Origin: Lytechinus pictus
Lineage: Eukaryota
Direction: 5' to 3'
Assembly: GCF_037042905.1 (NCBI RefSeq)
Contig: NC_087246.1
Span: 5,582,001 to 5,646,000, forward strand
Length of the DNA: 64,000 bases
Of the stretch, positions 33,833-47,600 are shown piece after piece (the stretch's first letter is position 1; every line of letters begins with the position of its first letter). Under the pieces are notes generated by a model, which saw only the letters and a program-made list of their open reading frames with translations, had not been told where the DNA came from and did not search any database. A program made the translations under genes and the position numbers.

Positions 33833-36800
33833 CTGAAAACAATTTAAAATGAAACAATCGTATAGATTCATAAGGAAACAATTTTTAAAAGAAGGCAATT
33901 ATATTTTGTATATTTCTTTTAAGAATGAGAGCTGTGAGGGTTTTTTTTTCATCCCATGCAGCTGTTTCCATCAATTTTACAGAGCTCTGCTTAGCAACAA
34001 ACTTAAAATTGAAAGTGGGGGTCATCTTAATTAATCATTTAAAAAAAGACCGTGCTATAAGTAGGTAAGTTTTATATCTTATATGTTTTAATTTTCCCCT
34101 GTAAAACTTGGAAAATTCCCCGCAAATTCAAAAACATCTTTATAGGAACTACGGCAGCTATTACTCTGTGGAAAATGACGTCACTATCGTAGCTATAAAA
34201 ATGAATATTTGATTTAAAGCAAATACTAAATAACATTTATTAAAACGATTATAAACAATGATAAAGGCTGTTCATGTATAAAACAACTGCCTTTGTAAAA
34301 AAAAATCGCTTTAACTACAGCCATAGTTTAATATTGATTTGACTTTAAAAATCTGTTCTGCAAGGTGCCACCAGATTCTTTTATATTTTATAAAAATATA
34401 TCCCAGAAAAAATTAATATAAAAAGGTGAAATAAAGTGATCGTAAACACTATCTGAATTCAATCCCGTACACTGGCATGTGTTGTATTAATCCCTTGAGC
34501 AGGAGGTTTAGTAAATGATGATTTTTCAATTACAGATATCTTCAAAGTGTCCGCACGGATTTTTTTTTTATCTTCGTTGTTGTACAACTTCATCCTCATC
34601 CATAAGTTCATTTTTTTTTTTAAATAATGCCTTTGTAATGTTAGCCTTTGCCTTAAAAATAAGCATTACCCAAACGTCAAATGTCACATCTATTTTTTTT
34701 TAACTACAGGTAGTACTTTTTATCGATTTCCCCTCATTACCCCCTTCTCCATTTCTTCCAATCAACTTGTATTTGTGTGGTGAGTTTAAGAGAAATTACC
34801 ATGGCTTTCTGCTGTAAGAGAGGAGTGAACTGTTGACAAAGGTCCATTAGAGATAAGATGAGGCGTTGAACTAGTTCCACGGGTGTGGCGGCTACCACGT
34901 CTGAATCGACTTTGACATCCTTGAGCGCATCGAGATAATGGTTCATCATTGCATACAAGTACCTCGCAGTGGAGGAAGACCTATACCGAAAAAGAAATCA
35001 CAAATTTGCATTATTTTTTTTCGAATTAGTGTGTGTAGACCAAATAAACCCACTTTATCTATCTTAATTGTCTCAATTATATCATCCATTACAAATAGTG
35101 TCGTAATGAACCACATATTTTGAGGGGGTCATAGCGTATCGGCCAAAATTTATTATTTTATAAGTTGCAAGTGAGCAAAGCAAGTGAGCAAACAATTTGA
35201 TATTTTTGTTACAATAATCCAATTTTGTTATCGATTTTGACATATATTCACAAAATAATATCATATTTCACTCTCTAATTTCTTGGTCGGAAAAAATGGG
35301 GGGGGGGGGCAAACGCCCCCAAACACCATCCTTCTGTACGCCACTGCTGACAAATAGAATCAATCAATCAACTCGTAATGCAAAATAATTCGTGTGTAGT
35401 ACATTTATATGTATTTTCGATCCGAACGAAATACCTTAAGTATCCTTTTGAGTTTATAATAATAAAATAAAAACATTATTATTCAAGATAAACTTTCTTC
35501 GATGTGAACATGTTTTACGATGTTGACATATTCAATGATTTACATATTGAATAACCGAACTCCCTTTAAAGCAATTTACTCTTTACACATCTAGGAAGAA
35601 ACAGATGCGCCAAATGCAATCTTGCTTCAAACCTATTATTAATGTCGATAGTATTAATGATAAAAAAAATATAATGATGATATTACTTACAATAACGATA
35701 ATAATAATAAAAATAATCATAAAAAATGAACATGATAATGATTAAGTGGTAATCATGAAGTTAGTATGAAAAATACTTTGGTAAAAAATAAATTAATGGC
35801 AATAAGTATGTGCATCAAGAGCGTCATACTGAATACCTTATTCTCAAGGCGCTTTACATTGAAATATTTTATGGTAACCTGTCCTGGGGGTGTTTAACAA
35901 AGTTGAGAGTTAAGTATGACTTATAGTCGTACTTAAATGTCCATTTGCGTGCCGAATAAAAGGCATCACCGCATTGGTCAAATCATGCTAAGTTGACGCG
36001 CGCTACTGCGTATTATTAATCAATTTGTGCCATAAATAATCATGTGCCCGTAAGCACTAAGCATGACTTTAATGAAAAACCCCCTGGTTTAGTCCAAGAT
36101 AAAGCAAATCTTCTTTTTTAAAGCGTGTGCTATTCACGCTAATGCTAAAGACAAAATAAATTTATGGCACATTGACCCACCTGTGGATTTTCATCAATGA
36201 ATGTGAAAGCATCAATGACAAACTTAGCGAACGAAGGATCAGAAGAGTGTATCATTGCCATGGTGGGATCATCTGGGCATCTAAGATAATCAAATAAAAA
36301 AAGATATAATATTATAAATACTACATTATTCGAGGAGACTATACCGACACCTATTTCATTTGGGGGGGGGGTGATGTTTGATTCCTTCTATCTTTTAAGA
36401 TGAATCTGGAATCTTGTTGTTAGTCACAGATTGAGAAGCTACTGTTTCTTTTTTCTTAGGAAAGACGGCTAAAACGTTTAGTCAGTTTGAGCTGAATAGC
36501 GCTGCATTATGCTTTCCGTTTCAATAGGCTGACAGCTCAGCGAGCCTTTTTTGACCAGTAAATATGAAAATGTGTCCACTTTTGGTATTACATATTAGTG
36601 TTTTGTTTGTGTGTGTAACCGTGAAAAGTGTGTACTGAGTGTATTTTTAAAAACGTGAATAAATAAATGATTATTTACCTTTGTAGATTGAACACTACGT
36701 CACCAGCCGAAAACGGTGATGTGGATTAAACTTATCAAAATCGTGGCAAGTTTTAGTTACTTTTAATTGAGATAACGTTCATTTTGAAAGTTTTGTCTAT

Positions 36801-38521
36801 TGATAGGCCTAACTTCACTGAACTTAAGCCTAAAATTCCGCTCAGAACTATTAATTTCCATAAGGAAATTGCAGTTTGGGGCATTTTATTTAATTCAAAA
36901 GGAACTATTAAAATGCATATCACTTTGATATCTTTAATTATCATCTTCCAAGTAATGGAATATGTCATCCCTTTCCCATCAAAACAATTACACACTCGTC
37001 TACCACAAAATGTGTGTAAAAAGTAATTTACACCTAAGATGTAATAAATATCAGTTCGATGGAATGGAATTAAACCATACATCATACCATAGACCACACA
37101 CGTAATTCTCAAATATTTTTGTCATAACATTGTTATCACTGTGTTGTTTTCGAAGTATTCCACAATTAGTATGACTTTCATTCAATTATAAACATACCGA
37201 TCAATCAAGACAATGGTGAAATCAATTTATTATTACAAGGTTACCAATATTTCTTAAATGGGTTGTTGAAAACACACAGACTAAAAATGATCTAGTATGA
37301 ATTTATGAATAACAAAGTGAATAATTAACTAAATATATACACAAATATCTAAATTAATACATTAATTTATGCACCCTGAGTCATTCCCGATATCTTCGTG
37401 ACCGATGGTTGATCAGCATGATCAATCGGCAAGTTAAATAATATGAATATTCAACACCAGTGAATGCACATCGGATAAAATACTAAATTAAGAATAGGTG
37501 TATAAATATGAATAAAGAAAATACAATATGAATGAAACGAAATTAATAATACTCTACAGTGCGTCCCACAAAAAAACGAAACCTAGATTTATCGATGATT
37601 TAGCATAACTTAATCACAAATACAATAGACAAATGACCTACCATTGTAAAGCTTATAATCTACTCTTCCATTGAAATTACTTAGATTATTTCTCATTCAC
37701 GCATGAGTGAGCAAAAATATGAAGAGGGGGATTTCAAAAAGTCACTTGGCGGACTGTATCCGAGTTTCAAAAAGAAAACCACATTTTTAAATCAGTTCAG
37801 ATGAAAGAGGAGATTCTAAGCTTTACATTGGTATGTCATTTGTCTATTGTGTTCATGATTAAAGGACACGTCCACCCCAACAAAAAAGTTGATTTGAAAA
37901 AAGGAGAAAAATCCAACAAGCAAAATACTGAAAATTTCATCAAAATTGGATATAAAATAAGAAAGTTATGACATTTTAAAGTTTCGCTTAATTTCACAAA
38001 ACAGTTATATGCACATCCTGGTCAGAGTGCAAATTGGCAGACTGATGACGTCACCTACTCAATATTTAATTTGTATTTTATTACATGAAATATGAAATAT
38101 TCTAATTTTCTCCTCCTTGTCAAGTGAAAAAGTTTTATTTCTCCCTGAACATGTGCAATTACCATTATTTTAACAGTTTATGGTTAAGTTAAGTTGGTCC
38201 TTATTGTCAAATCTGTAAAAATTGAAATATTGTATTATTCAAACAATAAAAAACAAAAGAAATAGTGAGTGATGGACATCATCGACTCTCTCATTTGCAT
38301 ATCGCTGAGTTGCGCATTGAACTGTTTTGTGAAAAATAAGCGAAACCTTAACATGTCATAACTTTCCTATTTTACATCCGATTTCGATGAAATTTGCAGC
38401 GTTAAATATGTTTGTTTGATTTTTCTCTATCGATTCAAATCAACAATTTTCTTGGGTGGACTTGACCTTTAAGTTATGATAAATCATCGCTAAATCTCGG
38501 TTTCGTTTTTTGTGGGACGCA

Positions 38522-38563
<42 letters not shown>

Positions 38564-38616
38564 CGTCCCATATATATATATATATATATATATATACTTG
38601 TAAATAATTCAGCATC

Positions 38617-38695
<79 letters not shown>

Positions 38696-41600
38696 TATAA
38701 AAAAATGAGAAACTTTAATCCATACCCATTAGTAAGAAAGTTATAACTCTTTTGATCATTCGGGTAGTAAGATGGTGTAGCCCAGCAGTTCTCGATAAAG
38801 ACAGACAAGCCAGCTACTGATGTCAGATTAACTGCAAAGTAAAGATGTTCTCCAAGGATAATCTCGCCTTCGTTATCATCCGCGAATTCGTCGAAAGTTG
38901 CATCTGCGTAGCGATCGAGTCGAAGTGAAAAGTCACCGTAACCTGTTTCGTTGAAGACTATTTCACCAGTCTTAGGAACGAAGGAATCGCCCAGAAGCCG
39001 ATGCCTATCAAGCTCGCATGCGACAGGTATCTTAAGGATATTCTCACGAGTGATTACCGTGCCCAGGATTGGTCGAGGTGTGTGGTAAGTTACCATGTTA
39101 GAGTAGATAATTTTCGTATCGGTTTCCTAAATGATTCATAAATACAAAGATAACAAGTAAGGTAGAAAATGAGGACGTTGGTGTTAATATTGGTGATAAT
39201 TGAGAAACCTGATAACAATCAACAGCACCTATCGCAACTTATGATAACGATCTACACAGCAAAAACTGTGGTGTTAACCGGTGTACATAGAGGACCACAC
39301 CAGTTATTTTACACCGGTGTTAAATTGGTGGTGTTAGTTTTACACCTATAGGTGTTATTACAACACCTATGGTTGTTAAATTTACACTCTTTGGTGTTAT
39401 GTTCAATCTCTAGGGTGTTATTTTAACACCTCAGGGTGTGGTCCTCTATTAACACCAATTGGTGTCAGTTTTAACACCGCAGTTTTTACAGTGTATACAT
39501 GACACATTCATACACTTGTATGTTATGTCATCACATTAATTTTTGTTGTTGCTTGTGGTGTCTGATAATGTATTTTGTTGTGTATAACTCATGAGAAATA
39601 TATAAGATCAATCAATTTAAAAATTAACAAGAATTACGAATGATACTGATGCTGATGTGTTCATCTACGTGTAGTAAGACTTTCCAGGCATTCACGATTT
39701 TTTTTTAAAACCCTGAAGCCAACTTCATTCAATTCAATGAAATCTCGTGTTATGTCATCACATCATTTTTTTTTATTTAATCATTTTTCTTTGTATGTAT
39801 TTTATCATAAGAAATGAATCATATCAATTAATTAAATAATGACGAGAACAAATTATTAATACTATCAATACCAATCAATGATTGGTAAGACTTTCTAAGC
39901 ATTTACTATAAGGCCAATAATTTCAATTCAATAAATGACAATGCAGCGTTTGATAAAAAGATACCAAGCATCAGATTTGGATGCAACTCAATTTGAAATC
40001 TTCGTACCTTCGTTATCCCCTTATCTTACTCCGTTGATATAACTGGTAAATCGTGGATATTAGGGCTCTTCATGAACATCAGACATAAAGTATATATTTT
40101 TTACTTAGATTTGTCTATCACCTGATCACATATGAAAATGACCGCAAAGGATTTGAAAAATATCATGTCACCTTTAGCCTGGTTGAGCACCTGTTGTATC
40201 TGGTGTAGAGTACGATTTGATTGTTGTTATGGTCCCTCCCTGTGCATCCATCATCATGAACATTCTCAAAATGGATATCTTCCGAATGGGTTCCGTTTGC
40301 AAGAAGCCTCCTGTCCAGGTAGACCGTCATAGATGAACTGTCACACTCCACATCGACTGCCCTGGAAAATATCATTAATTCCAAACCATCATTTAAAAAT
40401 TCGGCGTTTCTTCAGGTTTTGTAGATGATACAAGTCTTTAGAAACTCTGGTACAAATTCTTAAGAGAAATTGCACTCTGAAATAACGTTATTTAAACATA
40501 GGACCGCATGTAGGTTTGAAAAAATGCAGACTTTCGTTTAACAAATAAAAGGGCGTTGACTTTTGAGTAAATAATTATTGCAAAATTAAAGGTACTGTGC
40601 GAGCTCAACTTTCACTTGAATGATTTTTTTTAAGCATGACACGAAAGTCACAATCTATTTTTGTAAGTATGTTCGTAAACAGATCATGATGACAGGGATG
40701 CAATTACTCATCAATCAAATGATCACTATATTTGAAAAATGAAACACTCAATTTAAATTTATAGTTTATTACTAGACGTTGTTTTAAAAATAGAAACATT
40801 ACAATTATCGGGAAAGTAAATAGATACGGAACAAGAACAGCTAAACCAAGCAAGGTTCAAATCATTTTGTTTGAAACTGTTCGCAACAAAAATCTTGATT
40901 TCGATAAAAAAGTTCTACTTTCCAATAATGATATTGTTATCGAATTAAAAAATATATGATGATAATTGAATGTTTATTTTGTTTACTGATCAATTAAACA
41001 AATTAACTGATGCTGGGTATGACAAATTAATTTCCACTTACCAGGCGTCCCCATGGCATCGAGATGGCGATAGTTAATGTTGATCAGAGAGTTAATTAGA
41101 AGAAATGGTCAACATAGAAAGAGAAAGGGCGAGGCAGAAAATGGCTTGATTAAAGGTAAATCTCTTAAAAGACTCAAAATGCTAATGAAATAAGAAGTTA
41201 ACTAGGCCTACTTTCGCTGAAATAATATTCTACTATTTGTAATAAACTCTATTTAATCACGTGGATAAACAGTGATTTATAATGCTACGTTTATCATTTT
41301 TTTGGACTTTCAACAAAAATGAATAATAATAGACTTAAATTAAATCAGATTTGATAATTGTCATCAAAGATCACATTTTCATAAAATCTTCCAATATTCA
41401 ATCACCGGTATGAATGTATATTATTTTATGAATTAGGCTTGTAATTTCCAATTTGTTTCTTCTTTTTGTGCTCTGTTTTATTTACAAAGTGCTACTGACA
41501 ATTTTACCATCCTAAATAACATTTTCATCAGTGGCGATCGCATAAATATTATTTCATTAGACAGAACTAAAAATCTTGTTGTATTTTGAAAATATACCTT

Positions 41601-44600
41601 CAAATACACAGCTAATGCCGAAACTAGCTCCTTTGCCAGAAGTCCCAAAATTGTTGTAGTAGTACACAGTCATAGTGTTGCTGCTTGAAACCGTACTACT
41701 CGGTGTGTTTGAGCCAGTTGAATGTTGAATCACCGAATATCCGGTATTCGGGCCATCGTGTACACGAATATATCCGGACGAGTCAAGCCCGAAGTCGTTA
41801 AAATCGATTCGAACTGCCGTTTGGCTGGGGCATTGTATAAACCACGAGCACGCGTAGTAGTTACCGCTAACATATTGGTAATCGGGTGTATTTAGTTGGA
41901 TGCTACTATCTTCATCAGTCAATTTAATAGCGCTACCACATGAAGACATCGGTTCCATATTTTCCCATGCTGGATCTCCTACACATAACAATAAAAAGGA
42001 CAACCGACAAAAATGATCCGGCAGTTTACTGCGATGCGGAAAACGGAGGGAAAAAGTCACCGAATTCATGAAGAACACAGAATTTCAACAGAAAGAGCAT
42101 TTTTAGGCCAACAAGTTAAAGTACCGGAAATGACGGTGAAAATCATGAAAATCAAATCAAAATTCAATGAAACAAAACTGTAGACAAAACCATTTTGAAG
42201 TGTAAAACATGCCTTGTGTTTGCCAAGCTTGCTCGACATAGAAACTTCCATTTTACAAAGATTTTCACTATTTACTACTGCTTTAAACTCTATTTTGAAC
42301 AGTTATAAAAAAAAATAGCTCTTACCAATTAGGTAGCAGAATTAGAATTGGTTAAGATCAGATTATCTTTACGTGTATTCTGAAAAATAACTGCCTGCTG
42401 ATAATAATAGAAAAGACAACTAAATGAAAAATTATGTACTACAAATTATGACATTTTCATATTATGTCTTAGAATGGTCAATATTTTTTTATTTAATAAC
42501 AAACTGTAAAGACAAACATCTTACTTCAATGTAAAAAAAATACGATGTCAGCTTTATATCAACATTAACATAAGTTGCGACATTTTTTCTGACACGTAGA
42601 ATATTAGACATATAAATTGAAGAAATCAAATACGAACCTGACGGAACAATGAAAGCATTAGCTATTATCCCGCGTTGTTTTGTTACGTCACTCCAGTCAG
42701 CATCGTCGTAATGCACCGTTAGTCGATTACTTGATGATTGAATGGGTGCTATTCCCGGGAGTGAACTCGCAGATATGGCAGCCAACCGATTGGTTGTTGA
42801 ATAAATATCATCATCATCATAGACAAACAAACGGGAACCAGAGAAAGTGTCAAAATCGTTGAAAAGCAATGAAATTCGGTATCCATATGGGCATGTGAAA
42901 TACCAGAAACACGCGTAGTCATCATTGGCAACCTCCACAGGATAGGTGGGTGTTTGAAATGAGATAGATGGTGAAGAATCGTCCAGGTGTACCGTCTGAC
43001 CACAAGAATCAATGCCCTCCGAATTCCAGGATAATTCGTCTGAAGAAAATGAGGTAAGCACACGATTTTGAGATGTTTTAATTGAAGGATTAGATATAAA
43101 CAAAATTAAATAGATTCATCAATAGAGAAAGAGATATTTGTGGTGGGGTCTTATGATTAGGCAGTTCAAGTATCATTCAAGAAGGATTAGATATAAACAA
43201 AATTAAATATATTCATCAATAGAGAAAGGGATATTTGTGGTGGGGTCTTCTGATTAGGCAGTTCAAGTATCATTTTAACATAGACTTCGGTTTCTTCATT
43301 GAGTTCTTATGTATTTAGTTCTTACACAGTAAACAAAAGTATAAAAACACGAGTTAAAGTTTGTTACCGCAAAGGAATTATGATTTAGATGTAGCCTACC
43401 TGTTAGTGCGACATCCATGGCAAAGCCTCGCCCATTTTCAGTATTCGATGTATCATCGAACTTTACAGAGAAGCCTCCTCTTGTTGAAACCACTGTAGAA
43501 TCACTGACATTACCACGTAGATTAGATATCTGGTAGTTCTGTGACCAACTACGGCTATGGTCGTATATATGTACGTACTCGTTCTTAGTATGCATATCGT
43601 GTACGCTTATCTCGACTTCCTTGCCAGAGGGACTTGTAACATACCACCAACAGTCTATCAAGACATTAGCTGAAGAACCTTGATAGTACAGTGGAGTAGT
43701 GATGCTGACTCTGGGGATACTAGTACTCAAATGAATCTCTCCGCCACAGGAACCCGAAATATCCGAAGGCAGTTCATCTGATTGTGTACGGGAAGAAACA
43801 TGAATGTAAATTTGTTGTTTATGGATTAAAGCGTGTTTGAACCCATTGTTAGTTCTTTATTCCATTCGTTCCAGAAACCGTCTTAAAGTCTATTTCATAG
43901 GTCCTTAATTAACTAAGAACTTCTCAGAAAGCCCATCAGTGATGCGATGTAAATAAAACCTGGATATTTTGCTTTATGATAGCCATGGTGGGCCTATATA
44001 AACAGTGTTATGCTATATGTTATAAATTTACCAAATTGATCGATTTACCACCCCCCCCCCCCCGGGTTGATTTCCGATTGCCGCACAAATACTACCCCAT
44101 GTTTCATTATGGTATATCTTTAAAATTAAATAATGGAAGCCATAAAATCATAGAAAATAATTATGCAATCATGCATCAGGAAGAGACATATAACAACCAA
44201 TGCTTTCTATATCATTTTACTTAAATTTAAATTATTGTGTGTTATGAGGGAATTAATTAGTGGAAATAGTCACGATAATCTTCAGAAATCAATCCTTACA
44301 ACAGCAATAAAAATAAGCATCCCCCTATATAGCTAGTAATAGTTAGTTTATTTATTTGTAAAAAGCCCAGTTTAATTGATTGCGTTATGTTTTGTTTTTA
44401 TTTTTAGAGTACGCCTAAGCACTCAATGTAGCTTACCTATAATCTTCGCTTCGAACAGAAACCCGGGACCGTTATTATCATATCCAAAGTCGTCGTATTC
44501 AACTGTCACTCCTCCGCGCGAAGACACGACATTAACAGGGGATTTTAGTTGTCCAGAAAGCTCAGATACACGGTACGACGTCGATGTCGGGTAGTCATAA

Positions 44601-47600
44601 ATTTCTATTCTCTCACTGGTTCCGGTTAACATATCTAAAACCGTAAGGTGGACCTGCTTTCCTGAGGGGCTTGAAATATACCACCAGCAGTCCATGTAAA
44701 CATAGGCTAGAGAGGTCTGATAGTAGTATGGGGTTGAAAAGGTAGCATTTGGTGAAGACTGTGTCAACGGGATTGTGCCACCACATGATGCCGAGGAAGA
44801 ATAGTACTGGGTATCTGCCATGGGGGATATTAGTTACAGATAAGAGGCCGTTTCATGAACAGTTATACTTATTATGGCAACTATACCATGGTATCAGGGC
44901 TTAGCAACCAATCACGATCACGAGTTTCAAAGTACTAGTTACAAATTTTTATGAAAAATGTCCCTGGCCTATGTGATAGTAGGATGTGATGTACACCTTA
45001 ATGTACTTGGAACAATTTTTTCTTTTTCTAATTTTGTAATTTTCTGTATAATATTATGTATGTTTCTTTTAATGTGAAATAAATAAAATGAAAAATATTG
45101 ATTACTGGTGAATTTTCAGTAAAACTATTCAAAATGAATTCTACGGTAATCTCCTGGCACTCGACAGCCAGCAGCTCCCCTATCGCCTACAGCAGTTAAA
45201 CAAAATTAGTAGACTCTTTATATTGCAAATAAAATAGCTATTCATATTATAATCAATGATACAGACTTCTTGACACAATTAATTTTTCTTGAATAGAAAA
45301 AATCGAAAATTTAAGAATTTAATACTTTTCAGCATGGACAGTTTGTGTACAAGTTTAATACTAAAACATCACTTGCTCCAAATAAGAAGCATGTTCATTG
45401 AAAGGCATATTCTGATACATGACATCAGCCGATATAAACCAAGACTAGGGGCCCGTGACACAAAACTTAGCAATGATCGTAAAACATTTTTCTAGGATTG
45501 ATTCCATTGACTACAATCAATCGTAAAACTCAAGCGTACGATTAATCGCTAACCTTTGTGTTACGGGACCCTGTTACTGTTCGTTTTATATGAATGATTG
45601 CGCTGAGTGTCGTTTTCGTAAAATTTCGTCAGAACACGTGTATGATTGTATTTAAGATGCACATAATCAAATTAATAGTGATCAATTCATCAAAAGAACA
45701 CTGGCGTTTATCGTCAGTCTCTTTGTATGGCCATGATTTAAGCAGTATATAATCTCATAGACATTTCTTTGCAAATCGTCTAAAAAAATATCAATCTGCA
45801 ACAAGAATCTAATTGAAGTTTTCAAAATGCAAACGCATGTACGCCGCCCACTTTAGATGACGTTATAGAATCCTTGCTGGTAAATTGGACAATGATAATT
45901 GCAACGTTTCTAAACGTAATAATAAACTTTCAATCTGTCTATGATTCATAATTTTTTTTTCTTCCAATAAATGCTTTTTAGTACACAACCTCGCACAGTA
46001 AATTCCATTGACGTTTCAGTAATTTCTGAATCAGCTCTTCCCAAATAAGAGAAAATATATATGGCATATGCTGAATTGTACGCTAAAAAGAAACGAAAAG
46101 TAAGCCTTCTATCTTTACCATTTATTGTGCCCCTTGTGCTGAACAATCACGTCATTGTTTATTACACAATTAGATGTTTCTAGTAGCTATTCGCAAATCG
46201 GCTTCAGTGAAAAAAATTCTTAATTAAAAACAATGTAATATCATGAAGGGCCGATACCTCTTTGAATGAATTGTGCCAGGAAGCCTCTTCCGTTGTTACC
46301 CGAGTAGTCGTCATAGTGTTCAATCGTCCATCCACCACGTGAAGATACCACAGATGATATATCAACGTCAAAGTCCCCACGTAGATATGAAATTATGTAG
46401 CTGGTAGATAATGGGTAGTCATAGAGAGACAACCATTGATTTGGAATTTCTACTTCCAACCAAGTAATCTCTACCTCATTTCCCGAGGAAGCATACACGT
46501 GCCAATAGCACCGCACATAGGCATTTGACGATGGTTGGTAGAAGAAGTATGGAGAGTTTAGTGTAAAGTTTGGCATCAAGTCGTTCAGTCTTACGGTACC
46601 CCCGCATGACCTTGGGCCCACAACCGTAGTCGCATCTATAAAATATAAATTTCAGAACGAATGAATAATTTAACTGGTGTCGTGAACGTGATTATAGAAC
46701 CTTGGGGAACCTTCATCATATACAAATGTGTTGGGAAGGATAGAAATGTATGAGGCGCCGAATGTACCAATATTATATAGAACAATTATTTGTTATATAA
46801 TCATTATTTATTAAATAATAACTATTATTTATATATAATTTACATTTTATTTGTAAATAACTACTATTATATAAAATATAATTTCTAATTATTTATATAT
46901 AATTCCAAGTAATACTTCATTATTTGTAAATAATAATAGTTCGACATTCCATTATTTATAAATAATGATTATTTGTTTTTCATTATTTATAAATAATGAT
47001 TATTTGTTTTTCATTATTTATAAATAATGATTATTTGTTTTTCATTATTTATAAATAATGATTATTTGTTTTTCATTATTTATATATAATGATTATTTGT
47101 TTTTCATTATTTACAAATAATGATTATTTGTTTTTCATTATTTATAAATAATGATTATTTGTTTTTCATTATTTATAAATAATGATTATTTGTTTTTCAT
47201 TATTTATAAATAATGATTATTTGTTTTTCATTATTTATAAATAATGATTATTTGTTTTTCATTATTTACAAATAATGATTATTTGTTTTTCATTATTTAT
47301 AAATAATGATTATTTGTTTTTCATTATTTATAAATAATTTGTTGAGTTTTCCATTATTTATAAATAATGATTATTTGTTAAATAATGAAAACGTCTACTT
47401 CATTATTTATAAATAATTTTTTCGAGTGCACCATTATTCTCATTATTTATAAATAATCATTATTTAATGTTCGAGTTTTCCATTATTTATAAATAAAGAT
47501 TATTTGTTAAATAATGAAATATCTACTTCATTATTTATAAATAATAATTTTGTTTCAATATCCCATTATTTATAAATAATCATTATTTATAAACAATTTT

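Noticed and set aside
46950..47340. CRISPR-like array of palindromic repeats
   Set aside because: No spacers, eukaryotic context, and part of a foldback arm.
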